64,000 nucleotides of DNA from a virus: positions 32,001 to 96,000 of IMG/VR virus record IMGVR_UViG_3300048997_000353; one strand, 5' to 3'. Under the pieces are notes generated by a model, which saw only the letters and a list, made by a program, of their open reading frames with translations, was not told the DNA's origin and did not search any database. Of this stretch, positions 46,567 to 56,136 are shown in pieces. Position numbers and translations under genes: made by a program. Within the stretch, counting starts at the first letter, position 1; every line of letters starts with the position of its first letter.

Positions 46567-48390
46567 TCATTTGCGTAGCTCGTGCGCAGCGCGGCCGCCG
46601 ACAGGATGCGTGCCATTTGATTTGGCCTTATTCCACTGCAGACCGCACTGCCGGCACTTGAACTGTGAGCCCAGGTCCGCGAGCAACACGGATTTGCATT
46701 CTGGACACTTCGGCGTGTTGTCCGACAGCATGATCTTCGCCAGTTCCAGTGGGTCCATATCCTTGGCTTTCTCTGCGGCGATGAGTGCTGGCGATTTCGG
46801 CGGTGTGTTTAGAATCTTCATCTGTCTCTCGATTCCCCCGGCTTTGTAAAACTCAACTAAACCCAGGACTCCCGGCTTGGCGCCTAACGCATCTTCGGCC
46901 AGACAATAGGCCCAAAAGTGATCGGCATGACCATACGTCGCGTCGTGATCGGCGTCAAATCTACTTTGTCCGGTAAGCGATGTGCTTTTCTTGACGGAGC
47001 GGAACGCATACCGAATCTTGTCGGCATCAGGGATGCGAACCTTCCCTTCGAGCATGCGGTTCTTGGCATGAACGGCTAGGGCTTCTTTGGATTTGAGCGT
47101 GAAGTCCACGCCCTCGATGCGGCTACCGAATTCCTCGTGCAAATCTTCGTACACAGCCAGGCCCATGCCGGTTTTATCAATGCTCATCCGGGCGCACATG
47201 GGCATCAGCGCACGCGCCTGGCGTTTCTGTTCCGGTAGCGGCAAGTTTTCAAACTCAATGACTCCGCGTGTCCAACTGACGTCGCCCACCTCTTCGATAA
47301 TCCACAACACCGAAAGGTCTCGATTGCGGGCCACGTCCCAGCCGGCATACAGCTTTTGATTCCACTGACCCATGGGCGGGCCTGTCACCGCGCCGGCATC
47401 TACGCAGGCCTGAAACAGTTCTGGCGGAATCCACTGCGCATTAATGGCCACAAATGCGCACATGTATTCCTGCATCCACGTATCTTCGTCGAGACAATCC
47501 GCGCGAATCTCGGCCAGATCAAGCACTTTGCCAAAACGGTCTGTGCAGCCCTGCGCGATGGCTTCGACGAGCGTACAGCGATGCGGGGACCAGGCCGGAT
47601 TCCGGACAACCCCGTCCACCAGCCCGGCATCATTCGCAAGTTCGTAATAGGTGCCCTGCTGGCCATTCGGCGTGGAAATAATCTTGATGCGATATCCGCG
47701 CGTGATCGACGGTGTAATGGCAGCGTAAATTTCTTTGGGACTTAACTGGAATCCAAATTCGTCCAGCGTTACATCCCCCTCATATGAACGCGCGGTATCC
47801 GGATTGGCCGGCAGCGCAATAATCCGGAAGTTGTCCCCAAAGCGGACTTCGTGCGTCATGATCGACGTGCCTGGCATGTAGGCATCCACGTATTGAGCAA
47901 TTACGCCCAGGGCTCGTACATGCGGCGCAACCGAATCTGTGATGAACTCTTTGGCCTGGCGCTCTCCGCGAGACAGCACAATGCCCATACTCTTGGACAA
48001 GCCGTTTTGTTTTTCTTGCAGACGACTGAGGATTTGATCGAAGCCTTCCGCGAACGAGAAACCAATACGCCGGGATTTATTCGCTATCTTCCGACGGCTC
48101 CGGTCCTCGATCCACCGTTTCTGGTAAGGATAAAGTTGCAGAAGATTCTTCGGCAGTTCCCGCGCCGGCTTCACTTCCACTTTCGGCGCAGTCGGCGTCG
48201 GGGGTAACTTCGATGACTTTGTTGTCCCGCTGGTCGTAGATGCGGATTCCGTAGATGGTGGAGATGGCGGCGACGAGATCGCCGGATCCCCCGAGCTTCG
48301 CTGAGATTTCGAGTTGCTCTTGTCCGTCCGGACTTTGGAAGCTGCGGATGACGGGCGGTCCTTCGACTCGGTCGGTGATTTCTCGGGCAA
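46567..48390 (-). CDS. terL: Terminase large subunit (Mu gp28-like); true start probably near GTG 48180
   Basis: LYPYQ, KSRRIGFS Walker A, LDEFG Walker B, ISTPNG, GWDVAR nuclease, HADHFWA. Confidence 0.93.
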   Translation of the reverse strand: MPEKSPTESKDRPSSAASKVRTDKSNSKSQRSSGDPAISSPPSPPSTESASTTSGTTKSSKLPPTPTAPKVEVKPARELPKNLLQLYPYQKRWIEDRSRRKIANKSRRIGFSFAEGFDQILSRLQEKQNGLSKSMGIVLSRGERQAKEFITDSVAPHVRALGVIAQYVDAYMPGTSIMTHEVRFGDNFRIIALPANPDTARSYEGDVTLDEFGFQLSPKEIYAAITPSITRGYRIKIISTPNGQQGTYYELANDAGLVDGVVRNPAWSPHRCTLVEAIAQGCTDRFGKVLDLAEIRADCLDEDTWMQEYMCAFVAINAQWIPPELFQACVDAGAVTGPPMGQWNQKLYAGWDVARNRDLSVLWIIEEVGDVSWTRGVIEFENLPLPEQKRQARALMPMCARMSIDKTGMGLAVYEDLHEEFGSRIEGVDFTLKSKEALAVHAKNRMLEGKVRIPDADKIRYAFRSVKKSTSLTGQSRFDADHDATYGHADHFWAYCLAEDALGAKPGVLGLVEFYKAGGIERQMKILNTPPKSPALIAAEKAKDMDPLELAKIMLSDNTPKCPECKSVLLADLGSQFKCRQCGLQWNKAKSNGTHPVGGRAAHELRK

Positions 48391-48613
48391 ACGCTATGTT
48401 TCCCTTCTGAATCGCCTGGATCAACCCAGCCTTTGCAAAAGCCACGGCGATTGTATCCCGATTTAAGTCGATTTTCAGCGCACTCAGTTTCTTTTTGAGC
48501 AACCGATGATACTGCTTTGTAATGGGCCGGCCCTTCAGGTTACCCGATTGACCTGGCTTCCACATACGCGCTGGATTTGCTGATTTACCCTTCGTCCAAT
48601 CGGGATTCGCCAT
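48077..48613 (-). CDS. terS: Terminase small subunit
   Basis: WKPGQSGNLKGRP, GNIAFAREITDRVEG; upstream of terL. Confidence 0.8.
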   Translation of the reverse strand: MANPDWTKGKSANPARMWKPGQSGNLKGRPITKQYHRLLKKKLSALKIDLNRDTIAVAFAKAGLIQAIQKGNIAFAREITDRVEGPPVIRSFQSPDGQEQLEISAKLGGSGDLVAAISTIYGIRIYDQRDNKVIEVTPDADCAESGSEAGAGTAEESSATLSLPETVDRGPEPSEDSE

Positions 48614-48733
48614 GGCCCTGTTCTCCGCAACAAGAATTCCTGATGCTATTCCTGTTCAAATTTGAGTCTAACCGAAAAAAAGCGGGCGACCCATACTAAG
48701 ATCGCCCGCGTGGACCAGCGTGTGTGGAAGCGA

Positions 48734-48835
48734 CTACCCGCCCCCTCCGCCTCCGCCGCCCTTGCCTTTCTTGCCGCCACCAGACTTCTTGGCACCGCGG
48801 GCTTTCAGTTTCTTCGCTGCTTTCCTCTTGGCCAT
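48734..48835 (-). CDS. 33-aa Lys-rich peptide ending in poly-Gly
   Basis: GGAAAGGTG SD; MAKRKAAKKLKARGAKKSGGGKKGKGGGGGGGG*; followed by a hairpin plus T-tract at about 48675-48708. Confidence 0.6.
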   Translation of the reverse strand: MAKRKAAKKLKARGAKKSGGGKKGKGGGGGGGG

Positions 48836-49015
48836 AATCACACCTTTCCTCTGATCAGAGCTTCAAGGCCGGAACGCTGAGCGAAATCATACGCTGGCAC
48901 ACTCACACTCACAACGAAAAACACGCGCAGAGGTACACAGGCGTGCAAGGTTTAGGCTGCGTTGACTCACATACATTGTTGTGCTTTCATTTACACGCGC
49001 AAGGAGCGCACAAGG

Positions 49016-49390
49016 ATGCTTTGCTTATCACTGCGAGAACCGTGGGTCACAGCGATTTTCAAGCTGGGCAAAAACGTAGAGAACCGGACGTGGCGCACGA
49101 ATTTTCGCGGACAATTAGGTATTCACGTTTCGAGCACAATCGACACAGAACAGATGATGCGGCTCGGCCTAAAACGCGCTGACCTGTTTCCCCTGGGCCA
49201 CGTGGTGGGATTCGTGGAACTGTACGATATCGTGTCGGCCGCCAATAGCAAATGGGCAATAGAAGATCAATGGCATTGGCTGATTCGCACGCCCATCAAG
49301 ATTCGGCCGGTCCGCTGGCGGGGACAGTTGAATTTATTTCAGGCGCAGGTAGCGGCGATTCCGTTGCGCTTAAACGGCCCTTTGCAATAA
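49016..49390 (+). CDS. ASCH domain protein
   Basis: LSLREPW...GKNVENRTW..RGQLGIH...RGQLNLF. Confidence 0.85.
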   Translation: MLCLSLREPWVTAIFKLGKNVENRTWRTNFRGQLGIHVSSTIDTEQMMRLGLKRADLFPLGHVVGFVELYDIVSAANSKWAIEDQWHWLIRTPIKIRPVRWRGQLNLFQAQVAAIPLRLNGPLQ

Positions 49391-50081
49391 GCTGCCTGAA
49401 ATCCACCCCACTCTGATAGCGATTCTCCGGCAAGCAATTCTCCTTCAAGAAATTGTCACAGTCCTGGGCATTGCGAAACACGACAACCACATAATAATCC
49501 TCGCGACTGGCCTCCTTGATCTTGGCATCGAGCGCCGTGTAGGAGTCGGCGAGCATACGTGCTTTGTCGGCGAGCTCGTCCAGGCGGTCGGTGCCATCGA
49601 GCCAGATATCTTCGCCGAAGGTGTGGAACATATCGTCGCGCTCAAATCCGGCTGATTCCAGATCGAAACCCTCGGTGAGCAACAGGCCTTTTAATTCGGG
49701 CAAGAGCCAGTCGCCCTGGGCATTGGGATTGTTGAGCAGGACGTTTAATTCCTTCTCGCGCAACTCTTCGACGTCGATGGCAGCGACGCGCAAGCGATAT
49801 TTAGACGTGCCGGCCAGGGTATCCAGCGCAATCAGGCGCTGATGCCCGCCTACAACGCGGCCGGTCCGACGATTCCAGGTGATAGGAGAGACCATGCCGT
49901 GCCGTTTGAGTCCTTCGCGCAGCTTCCGCTTTTCCTGATCGGTCATGACGCGCGGATTGTACTCAGCGTTGGAGATGGCGGAGCGGTCCACTTCCACGAT
50001 TTCATAATTCTCTAATCCCAGGCTAGCGAGAGTCTTGACCTGCTCTTGCTCGGATTCGGCAGACTTTTTCTTTTTCGACAT
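49296..50081 (-). CDS. ParB/Srx-like protein
   Basis: YNPR, GMVSPITWN, VVGGHQRL, EKELNVLLN. Confidence 0.85.
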   Translation of the reverse strand: MSKKKKSAESEQEQVKTLASLGLENYEIVEVDRSAISNAEYNPRVMTDQEKRKLREGLKRHGMVSPITWNRRTGRVVGGHQRLIALDTLAGTSKYRLRVAAIDVEELREKELNVLLNNPNAQGDWLLPELKGLLLTEGFDLESAGFERDDMFHTFGEDIWLDGTDRLDELADKARMLADSYTALDAKIKEASREDYYVVVVFRNAQDCDNFLKENCLPENRYQSGVDFRQLIAKGRLSATESPLPAPEINSTVPASGPAES

Positions 50082-50770
50082 CACGGGCGCCCTCCTGGGC
50101 TTGGCACACTGTAAAACTTGCGTTTCCAAATGGCCGCTTCCGCAAACGGAAAATACTGGCACAGCTTTCTGAAATCGTTGGGGAACGTGTCATGGAGCCA
50201 GAACAAGGACCGGTCCGTGAGATCGATCCCACTCGTATCGCCGGCGGACGGCGGCAACGGAATATTGTGCAGCCGTAGATAATTGAGCACATCGAAACGA
50301 TTCCAGTCGGCCAGGGGATGCACAACATCGCTGTTGCGGGCGATGGTCATGAGCCAGCGGCGTGACGCGGAATCCGATTTTTTCTGGCCGGTCATAATCA
50401 GGCGCGTGTTCGTGTCCGACATGGCCAGCACGTACACGTCCCGCAACTTGTATTCCTTAATGGCATCGCGGCGAAAGCTGGGATGGCAATAGATGCCGTT
50501 GCTGATAAACCGCGAAGCATTCCAGTGCGGATACAGGCGAATCTTGATGCCCCACTTCTGCTCGGCTTGCTGCATGGCCACGTCCACGCATTCGAGTCCG
50601 GGAATCAAATACATGAAAAAGGCCTCGACCCGCTTAAATGAACGCAGGCACAGATCCATGACGGCGCGGCTGTCCTTGCCGTCACTATAGGAAATCAGGA
50701 CGGACTCGTAGCGGTCGGCATAGCTTTTGACGTTTGCAATTGCATCGTTAATGACGGTGGTGGTGGCCAT
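50081..50770 (-). CDS. PAPS-reductase-family PP-loop protein
   Basis: SYSDGKDS PP-loop, GQKKSDSASRR, HPLADW. Confidence 0.85.
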   Translation of the reverse strand: MATTTVINDAIANVKSYADRYESVLISYSDGKDSRAVMDLCLRSFKRVEAFFMYLIPGLECVDVAMQQAEQKWGIKIRLYPHWNASRFISNGIYCHPSFRRDAIKEYKLRDVYVLAMSDTNTRLIMTGQKKSDSASRRWLMTIARNSDVVHPLADWNRFDVLNYLRLHNIPLPPSAGDTSGIDLTDRSLFWLHDTFPNDFRKLCQYFPFAEAAIWKRKFYSVPSPGGRP

Positions 50771-50991
50771 GCGGGCAGTCTACCTGAAATTAAAACGCCC
50801 TGCGATGGTCAAACCACCGAAGGCAGGGCGTTTGGGTTGTGTCCTAAACTGAGGGTTCTCTCTGGAACGCCGGAAGTATCACACGAATATTTAAGCAAAG
50901 AAGAGAATATTTCCGGGGCGGTTCCCAGTCCGATACCTCATTCCGCCCCGGCTCGGCAATCCCTCTAGCTAAGTGCACCGGACTATACAGC

Positions 50992-51309
50992 ATGGTTGAG
51001 ATGAAAACAACTCAACGGGAAACTGATATATTCTGTCCGCAAATGGACCTACACATTTTGCAAGCGCAGTTAAGACGCACCAGACAAGCAGGCGCAAAAT
51101 GGAGGGCACACCACCCTCAACTCGCCTTCTCTGCTCGAAATGCTGTCCGACGTGCCCGCGATTCCGGGCGATTGAAACCTAAACTGTGCGCTGTTTGTGG
51201 CGAACAAGGCACGGTTGCCCACCATGCCGACTATTCGAAGCCACTAAAGATCGTTTGGCTGTGCGTCAAAGACCATACACAGGTTCATCACGCCGTATCA
51301 AAAAGATAA
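50992..51309 (+). CDS. Small HNH-like protein
   Basis: CAVCG...AHHADYSKPL..WLC..DH...H. Confidence 0.7.
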   Translation: MVEMKTTQRETDIFCPQMDLHILQAQLRRTRQAGAKWRAHHPQLAFSARNAVRRARDSGRLKPKLCAVCGEQGTVAHHADYSKPLKIVWLCVKDHTQVHHAVSKR

Positions 51310-51407
51310 CAATTTCAGCCATTTGGCCGTACATAGTTAAGCAACGAAACAAAGGCGAAGGCTTGGCTAGACAGTGCTCCAAAACATGCTTGGCAGGAAA
51401 ATAAGAC

Positions 51408-51436
51408 TTGCTCCGTAACATGGCCTGTAGGATAAT
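51408..51436 (+). promoter_or_regulatory. Sigma70-like promoter of the rightward (early) region
   Basis: TTGCTC-17 nt-GATAAT. Confidence 0.6.
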
Positions 51437-51480
51437 TACGTTAATGATATGCGTTAACTATATGAGAGAAAACATATAGG

Positions 51481-51920
51481 GACTTAAGCCGGACGCCAGC
51501 AGGGACCGGAACAGGGGTTCAACGCATTAGATTCCAGAGCAAAGTTAGGATGTGGCCTTGAGCCGATGATTCCTACTAACTTCCGCGATGTGGCCCCGCG
51601 CCGAATTCGGGATGGTCCTCTGGAGTTGATTAGGTTCCTACAGAATAGCTCTATGGTTTGTTGTCCTATCGCTGACCATAGTGAAGGAAAGCCAATTCCT
51701 CTACCTGTACACAATCCACGGACGAAAGAAGATGCCTAAGTCAGATGAAGCGCAATCGGATAGCGCGGAATTATCCGTCCGACGCGTAGAACGGTAAGTC
51801 TACGCCACAACAGATTTTGCAGATGGACTCCGGTCAGGACCGCCGAGAAAGCGGAACCCGCAGGCTACACGCTAGGCAAACCGGAGTTAATGCACACGGT
51901 CCGTCCAAAGTCGGACCAAA
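51481..51920 (+). ncRNA. Long structured non-coding leader
   Basis: No credible ORF; at least seven visible helices (e.g. GACTTAAGC/GCCTAAGTC, ACTCCGGT/ACCGGAGT, GCGTAGA/TCTACGC). Confidence 0.5.
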
Positions 51921-51952
51921 TTTTGGTGGTGGACGCCAAGGAGAATCAGACC

Positions 51953-52354
51953 ATGCAATCGCGACACGTCAAGGATCAAGGTATGAACTGGATTCGCAAG
52001 GAAAAGCGCCTGGCTATTTATCTGCGTGACGGTCTGGCCTGCGTGTATTGCGGCCAGAGTGTTGAGGATGGCGTGCAATTAACGCTCGATCATCTGATCT
52101 GCTACAAGCACCGCGGCACCAATCACGAATCCAATCTCGTGACGGCTTGCCTTCAGTGCAATTCCTCGCGCGGTGCACGGCCCTGGAAACTGTTTGCCAA
52201 GAAAGTGGCCGGATACATCAACCACGGCGTCACAGCCAAGCAAATCGTTAGCTTCATTAGCAAAACGATTGCGCGGCCGCTGGACGTGAAAGCGGCCCAG
52301 AAACTAATTGCAAGGCGCGGGGGATTCGTCAAGGCTGTGTACGGCAAGCGGTAG
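51953..52354 (+). CDS. HNH endonuclease
   Basis: RDGLACVYCG...LTLDHL...NHESNLVTACLQCNSSRG; AAGGAG SD. Confidence 0.85.
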   Translation: MQSRHVKDQGMNWIRKEKRLAIYLRDGLACVYCGQSVEDGVQLTLDHLICYKHRGTNHESNLVTACLQCNSSRGARPWKLFAKKVAGYINHGVTAKQIVSFISKTIARPLDVKAAQKLIARRGGFVKAVYGKR

Positions 52355-52792
52355 GGTTGACAACGTAACTCAAATCTGATTTAAAGGAGCTACGCCAATG
52401 CACAACGAAACGCAACGGCAATACCGGGAGCACCGCCGACAACTGACGATGGCGGCAATCCTGATTCTGACTGCCGGATTTTCCCTCTTCATTACCGTGC
52501 ACCATTCGCAGGACGCAGTAATGCAGCACATCGCAAAAATCCTCAAGTAACCAGTCTGCCCGTAACTGGCACGGCGAAGCCAGTTCAATAGGAGAATGAC
52601 CATGACCGCGACCATGACCGCGAGCACTGGTGTGACCGTGAACGGAATGCCGCTCCAGCAATATCTCGGAATTGCCGAACGGGCCGAAGTGGATTTTGGC
52701 GATGGCAAGAGCCGTGAGATTCAGAAGTTTTTCCGCGACGAAATCAGGATGATGCGGCGCCCTGGGCTGCGGCTCCAGAAGGCGGTGCAATC

Positions 52793-53230
52793 GTGACACC
52801 TGAACTGCCGAAAGACATACTGGCTTCCGATCTGGAACGCGTGAAGGCGCCACAGTCTGTGTACAAAACAAACCGGGCCTACAAAGCATTCTTCGGCAAA
52901 CCGGAACACAAGATCGTGGCCGAATTCGAAATGTGGTATTGCAACGGCATGGGCTGGGTGATCCCGACGCTGTTGATCCGCACGACGCGGCGAATGGACC
53001 GCGCAAACCGAACCTACGCCACTTCCCTTAACGGCCATCAGTGCCGCGTGGGAATGGGGCCGCATGTGCTCCGGCAAGTGACGGTGTATGTCCGCGCAAC
53101 ACGGCAATCTGCCTTGCAAAAGTATCTGGACCTGAAACTGAAAGGCGAGCAAGACTCCAATCAGATCAGGGACAGAATCTCTACCCGCCGTGCGATGGGG
53201 ACGATGCGGCGTTCAATCTACGGTTTCTAG
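52793..53230 (+). CDS. Hypothetical protein
   Basis: GTGA overlap with the upstream 66-aa ORF (52596-52796). Confidence 0.55.
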   Translation: MTPELPKDILASDLERVKAPQSVYKTNRAYKAFFGKPEHKIVAEFEMWYCNGMGWVIPTLLIRTTRRMDRANRTYATSLNGHQCRVGMGPHVLRQVTVYVRATRQSALQKYLDLKLKGEQDSNQIRDRISTRRAMGTMRRSIYGF

Positions 53231-53615
53231 GGTACAGGCTAGACGTTAGGCGCTTGGGACACTCTCAAAACAGGCTCAAAACACAGTAAAAACCCAATGA
53301 ATTAGGGCTGTTTTTGAGGGTATAGGGCAAAGGTAGCAGGATTGCTGCAAGATGGCTGTAATAGGCTGCAAACGGGCATAGCTACAGGCTAGGTTATGGC
53401 ACACGACAAGGAGAATACATGCAGACTACAGGCAAGGCGAGCAAGAAGCCAGTCGGACAGAGGGTCCGCGAGACGCTGATTCAAATTCAAATCCTCTGCG
53501 CACGCGGCGCACCGCTCGACAAGATCTGGGAAGTGGCAGAGCAAGGCATCGAGAAAAGCAATTCGCGACACTGAAAGTCGTGGTGGACGAACATTCGCAA
53601 AAGGAGAATGGACCA

Positions 53616-54125
53616 ATGGCTATCGGAACGTGGGACGACTTCACCGACAAGTTTGGATTCCAAGATGGCGCTGGCGTAGAGGATACCGACTTCCGCGCTC
53701 GCGCCGTGCTGGTCAAGAAGCTGAACGATCACCCGGTCATGCAGAAAGCGAAAATCACGGCGGTCGAATATGATCGGCCTGGAATGCACAACCCCTGCAT
53801 GATCCTACTGTTCAAGAATCCGAATCGACTCACAGCCAAGCAATTGCTAAAGAAATTCCTAGTGGAAGCGGACTTCATCGAGACTGAACTTCCCGAGGAC
53901 GACGTGGACGTGAACGAAATGATTTCGGAAGCCTACGCTTCGGTCATGCCTACCAACCCTCAACTTTCCGGCCGCGAACTGGCAACGGTCCTCGCGGCGC
54001 TCCGCGCTTGGCAGCGGATTAAGGATTGCAATTACACCGTGAAAGATTTCGCGGATTATTTCCACGATCACAAGCCGCTGTCGCCAAAACAGATTGACCG
54101 CCTCTGCGAACGCATCAACCGATAA
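53616..54125 (+). CDS. Hypothetical protein
   Basis: Extended SD AAAAGGAGAATGGACC before the ATG. Confidence 0.6.
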   Translation: MAIGTWDDFTDKFGFQDGAGVEDTDFRARAVLVKKLNDHPVMQKAKITAVEYDRPGMHNPCMILLFKNPNRLTAKQLLKKFLVEADFIETELPEDDVDVNEMISEAYASVMPTNPQLSGRELATVLAALRAWQRIKDCNYTVKDFADYFHDHKPLSPKQIDRLCERINR

Positions 54126-54180
54126 CCGATACGCAACGGACCGCGTGGAAGGGCCGGGGACAAAAAGGAGAATCGAGACC

Positions 54181-55314
54181 ATGAAAAGCATAAGCCTGTA
54201 CTACTCTGACCTAGCGATGGGTGGGAGTTCAGACAAGGAATATCACCTACAGATCGAATTGATTTTGGGAAGCGGCTATATGGTGAACTTCCAATATGGC
54301 CGGCGGGGCGGCACCATGCAGCCGGGCACGAAAACTCCGAGACCTGTCCCCGAGGCCGAGGCCAGGCGCATCTTCGATCGACTCGTGGCCGAGAAAACCG
54401 GAAAGGGTTACGCTCCGGGTCAATCAAGGAACACAGCCGTGCAGCCGTCGCCCAGCCGTCTCAAGGATGATCCCGACGCAATGGAAGCGGCAATTACAAC
54501 TGCGCAAGCGATCCGCACAAAGTATCCCGTCGAGAAGCTGGGCGAGATTGGCCTGAACGACGTGGAGCGGTTCTTGACGTCTGCCAATTACTTCATGCAG
54601 CGGAAAGAAGATGGCGAACGCAGGCAGATTGCCAAGACCGAAGCGGGCGTCGTCGGCTACAACAAGCTGGGCAACGCCGTTGAACTGCCGCGCGTTCTCG
54701 TGGCGGAAATTAATCGCCTCAACATGCGGACACTGTTTCTGGATGGCGAGATCATCGGAGATCGGTACATCGCGTGGGACCTGCTCATGGCCGATGGCGT
54801 CAGCATCGCGTCACAGGCCTACGAAACCCGGCTCGCCAAACTCACGAAGCTGATTCCCGCGAAAAATAAACTGCTGTCCATCGTGCCGACCTGGGACAAG
54901 ACAGCGCAGAAGCAAGGTGCCCTCGCATTGCTCAAGAAAAACCGTGGCGAAGGCGTGGCCTTCAAACTCAAAACAGCGCCGTATCGCGCTGGGATTGGTT
55001 CCCACAAGAAATTCAAGTTTCTCAAATCCGCAAGCTGCTACGTGTCCGCGGTTGGCATCAACGGCAAAAGCAACGCGGAACTTTCCTTGCTGGACGACCG
55101 CACCGGCGAGTGGGTGGAAGTGGCGCACGCATCCACGATCGGCAAAGGCAAAATCGAGAAGGGCATGATCGTTGAAGTAATTTTCCTCAACGCTACAGCC
55201 GGCAGGCGGCTCTACCAACCTCGGATTAAAGAAGTCCGGGAAGACGTGGACCTATATGACTGCACCATATCCCGTCAACTCAAACCGGAAGTATTCAAAG
55301 AAGGCGTGCAGTGA
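54181..55314 (+). CDS. WGR domain + ATP-dependent ligase-like nucleotidyltransferase
   Basis: SDKEY..YGRRG..EKTGKGY (WGR); KEDGER motif I, LDGE, AWDLL, EGVAFK, K.K; OB-like YQPRIKEVRED. Confidence 0.85.
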   Translation: MKSISLYYSDLAMGGSSDKEYHLQIELILGSGYMVNFQYGRRGGTMQPGTKTPRPVPEAEARRIFDRLVAEKTGKGYAPGQSRNTAVQPSPSRLKDDPDAMEAAITTAQAIRTKYPVEKLGEIGLNDVERFLTSANYFMQRKEDGERRQIAKTEAGVVGYNKLGNAVELPRVLVAEINRLNMRTLFLDGEIIGDRYIAWDLLMADGVSIASQAYETRLAKLTKLIPAKNKLLSIVPTWDKTAQKQGALALLKKNRGEGVAFKLKTAPYRAGIGSHKKFKFLKSASCYVSAVGINGKSNAELSLLDDRTGEWVEVAHASTIGKGKIEKGMIVEVIFLNATAGRRLYQPRIKEVREDVDLYDCTISRQLKPEVFKEGVQ

Positions 55315-55438
55315 AGGCCGTCCTTCTACTTCTCGTGCTCACGCCAGCCGATGATGTGATCGTGCTGGCCCTGCTGTGGCTCGCCAAACATTTTTTGCAT
55401 CACTGAAAGTCGTGGTGGACCAAAAAGGAGAATCGACC

Positions 55439-55726
55439 ATGTGCAGCAACTGCGATTACGATTGGGAGCCAGACTTCGATAGCCAAGTCGAAGAGGAACG
55501 GTTGGTCGTGCTCGACCAGCAAAATCTGTGCGTCTGCGAACAGCCCGGACACTTTAATTCCGGTGTCCCCGGCGTGCTGGCGCATCTTGAGAATGGGAAA
55601 CTGGCGGGCCGCGTCGAGCGGTGCGACCAGTGCAAAAGATATGACACCGATCAGGATGCGCGGTATGCTTTCTTCTCCGCGTACAACAATCCCCTGTTCT
55701 ACGGACATAACAAGGAGGCCGCATGA
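55439..55726 (+). CDS. Small Cys-rich protein
   Basis: Extended SD; CSNC, CVC and CDQC motifs. Confidence 0.55.
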   Translation: MCSNCDYDWEPDFDSQVEEERLVVLDQQNLCVCEQPGHFNSGVPGVLAHLENGKLAGRVERCDQCKRYDTDQDARYAFFSAYNNPLFYGHNKEAA

Positions 55727-56094
55727 CATTTCGGGACCCGCTATCGCAGAAAGCCGAATTGCACTGCGACTTCTGCGATGTACCGAACCCTGAACCCAGC
55801 AAAACCTACGCGTGTCAATCCTTCGACACGATGGCGGTGCTTACTGGCGCACGCGTGATTGAGCCGGCAAGGTTCGCCGGAACGCCAATCAAACTCATGT
55901 CGAGCGTTGGCTCATGGCTCGCGTGCCAGACCTGCGCCGCCTTGATCGACGCCAACGATATAGACGGACTCACAGACCGCGCCGTCGAGCACCTGTCGAG
56001 TCCAACCGAAACGCCGGAGCAAACTGAATTCCTCCGGCAGTTCATGCGGCGTCAGAATGAACAGTTCATGAAACTCAGACTCGCGATTCAGTAA
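55723..56094 (+). CDS. Zn-binding hypothetical protein
   Basis: CDFC...WLACQTCAALI. Confidence 0.6.
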   Translation: MTFRDPLSQKAELHCDFCDVPNPEPSKTYACQSFDTMAVLTGARVIEPARFAGTPIKLMSSVGSWLACQTCAALIDANDIDGLTDRAVEHLSSPTETPEQTEFLRQFMRRQNEQFMKLRLAIQ

Positions 56095-56136
56095 AAACGG
56101 GCCGGTACGTCAAAACTAAAAAGGAGAATCAAGACC

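Noticed and set aside
48890-48930. AC-rich stretch as another orphan unit
   Set aside because: It is a CACTCA hexamer duplication with no 5-nt register or delimiters.
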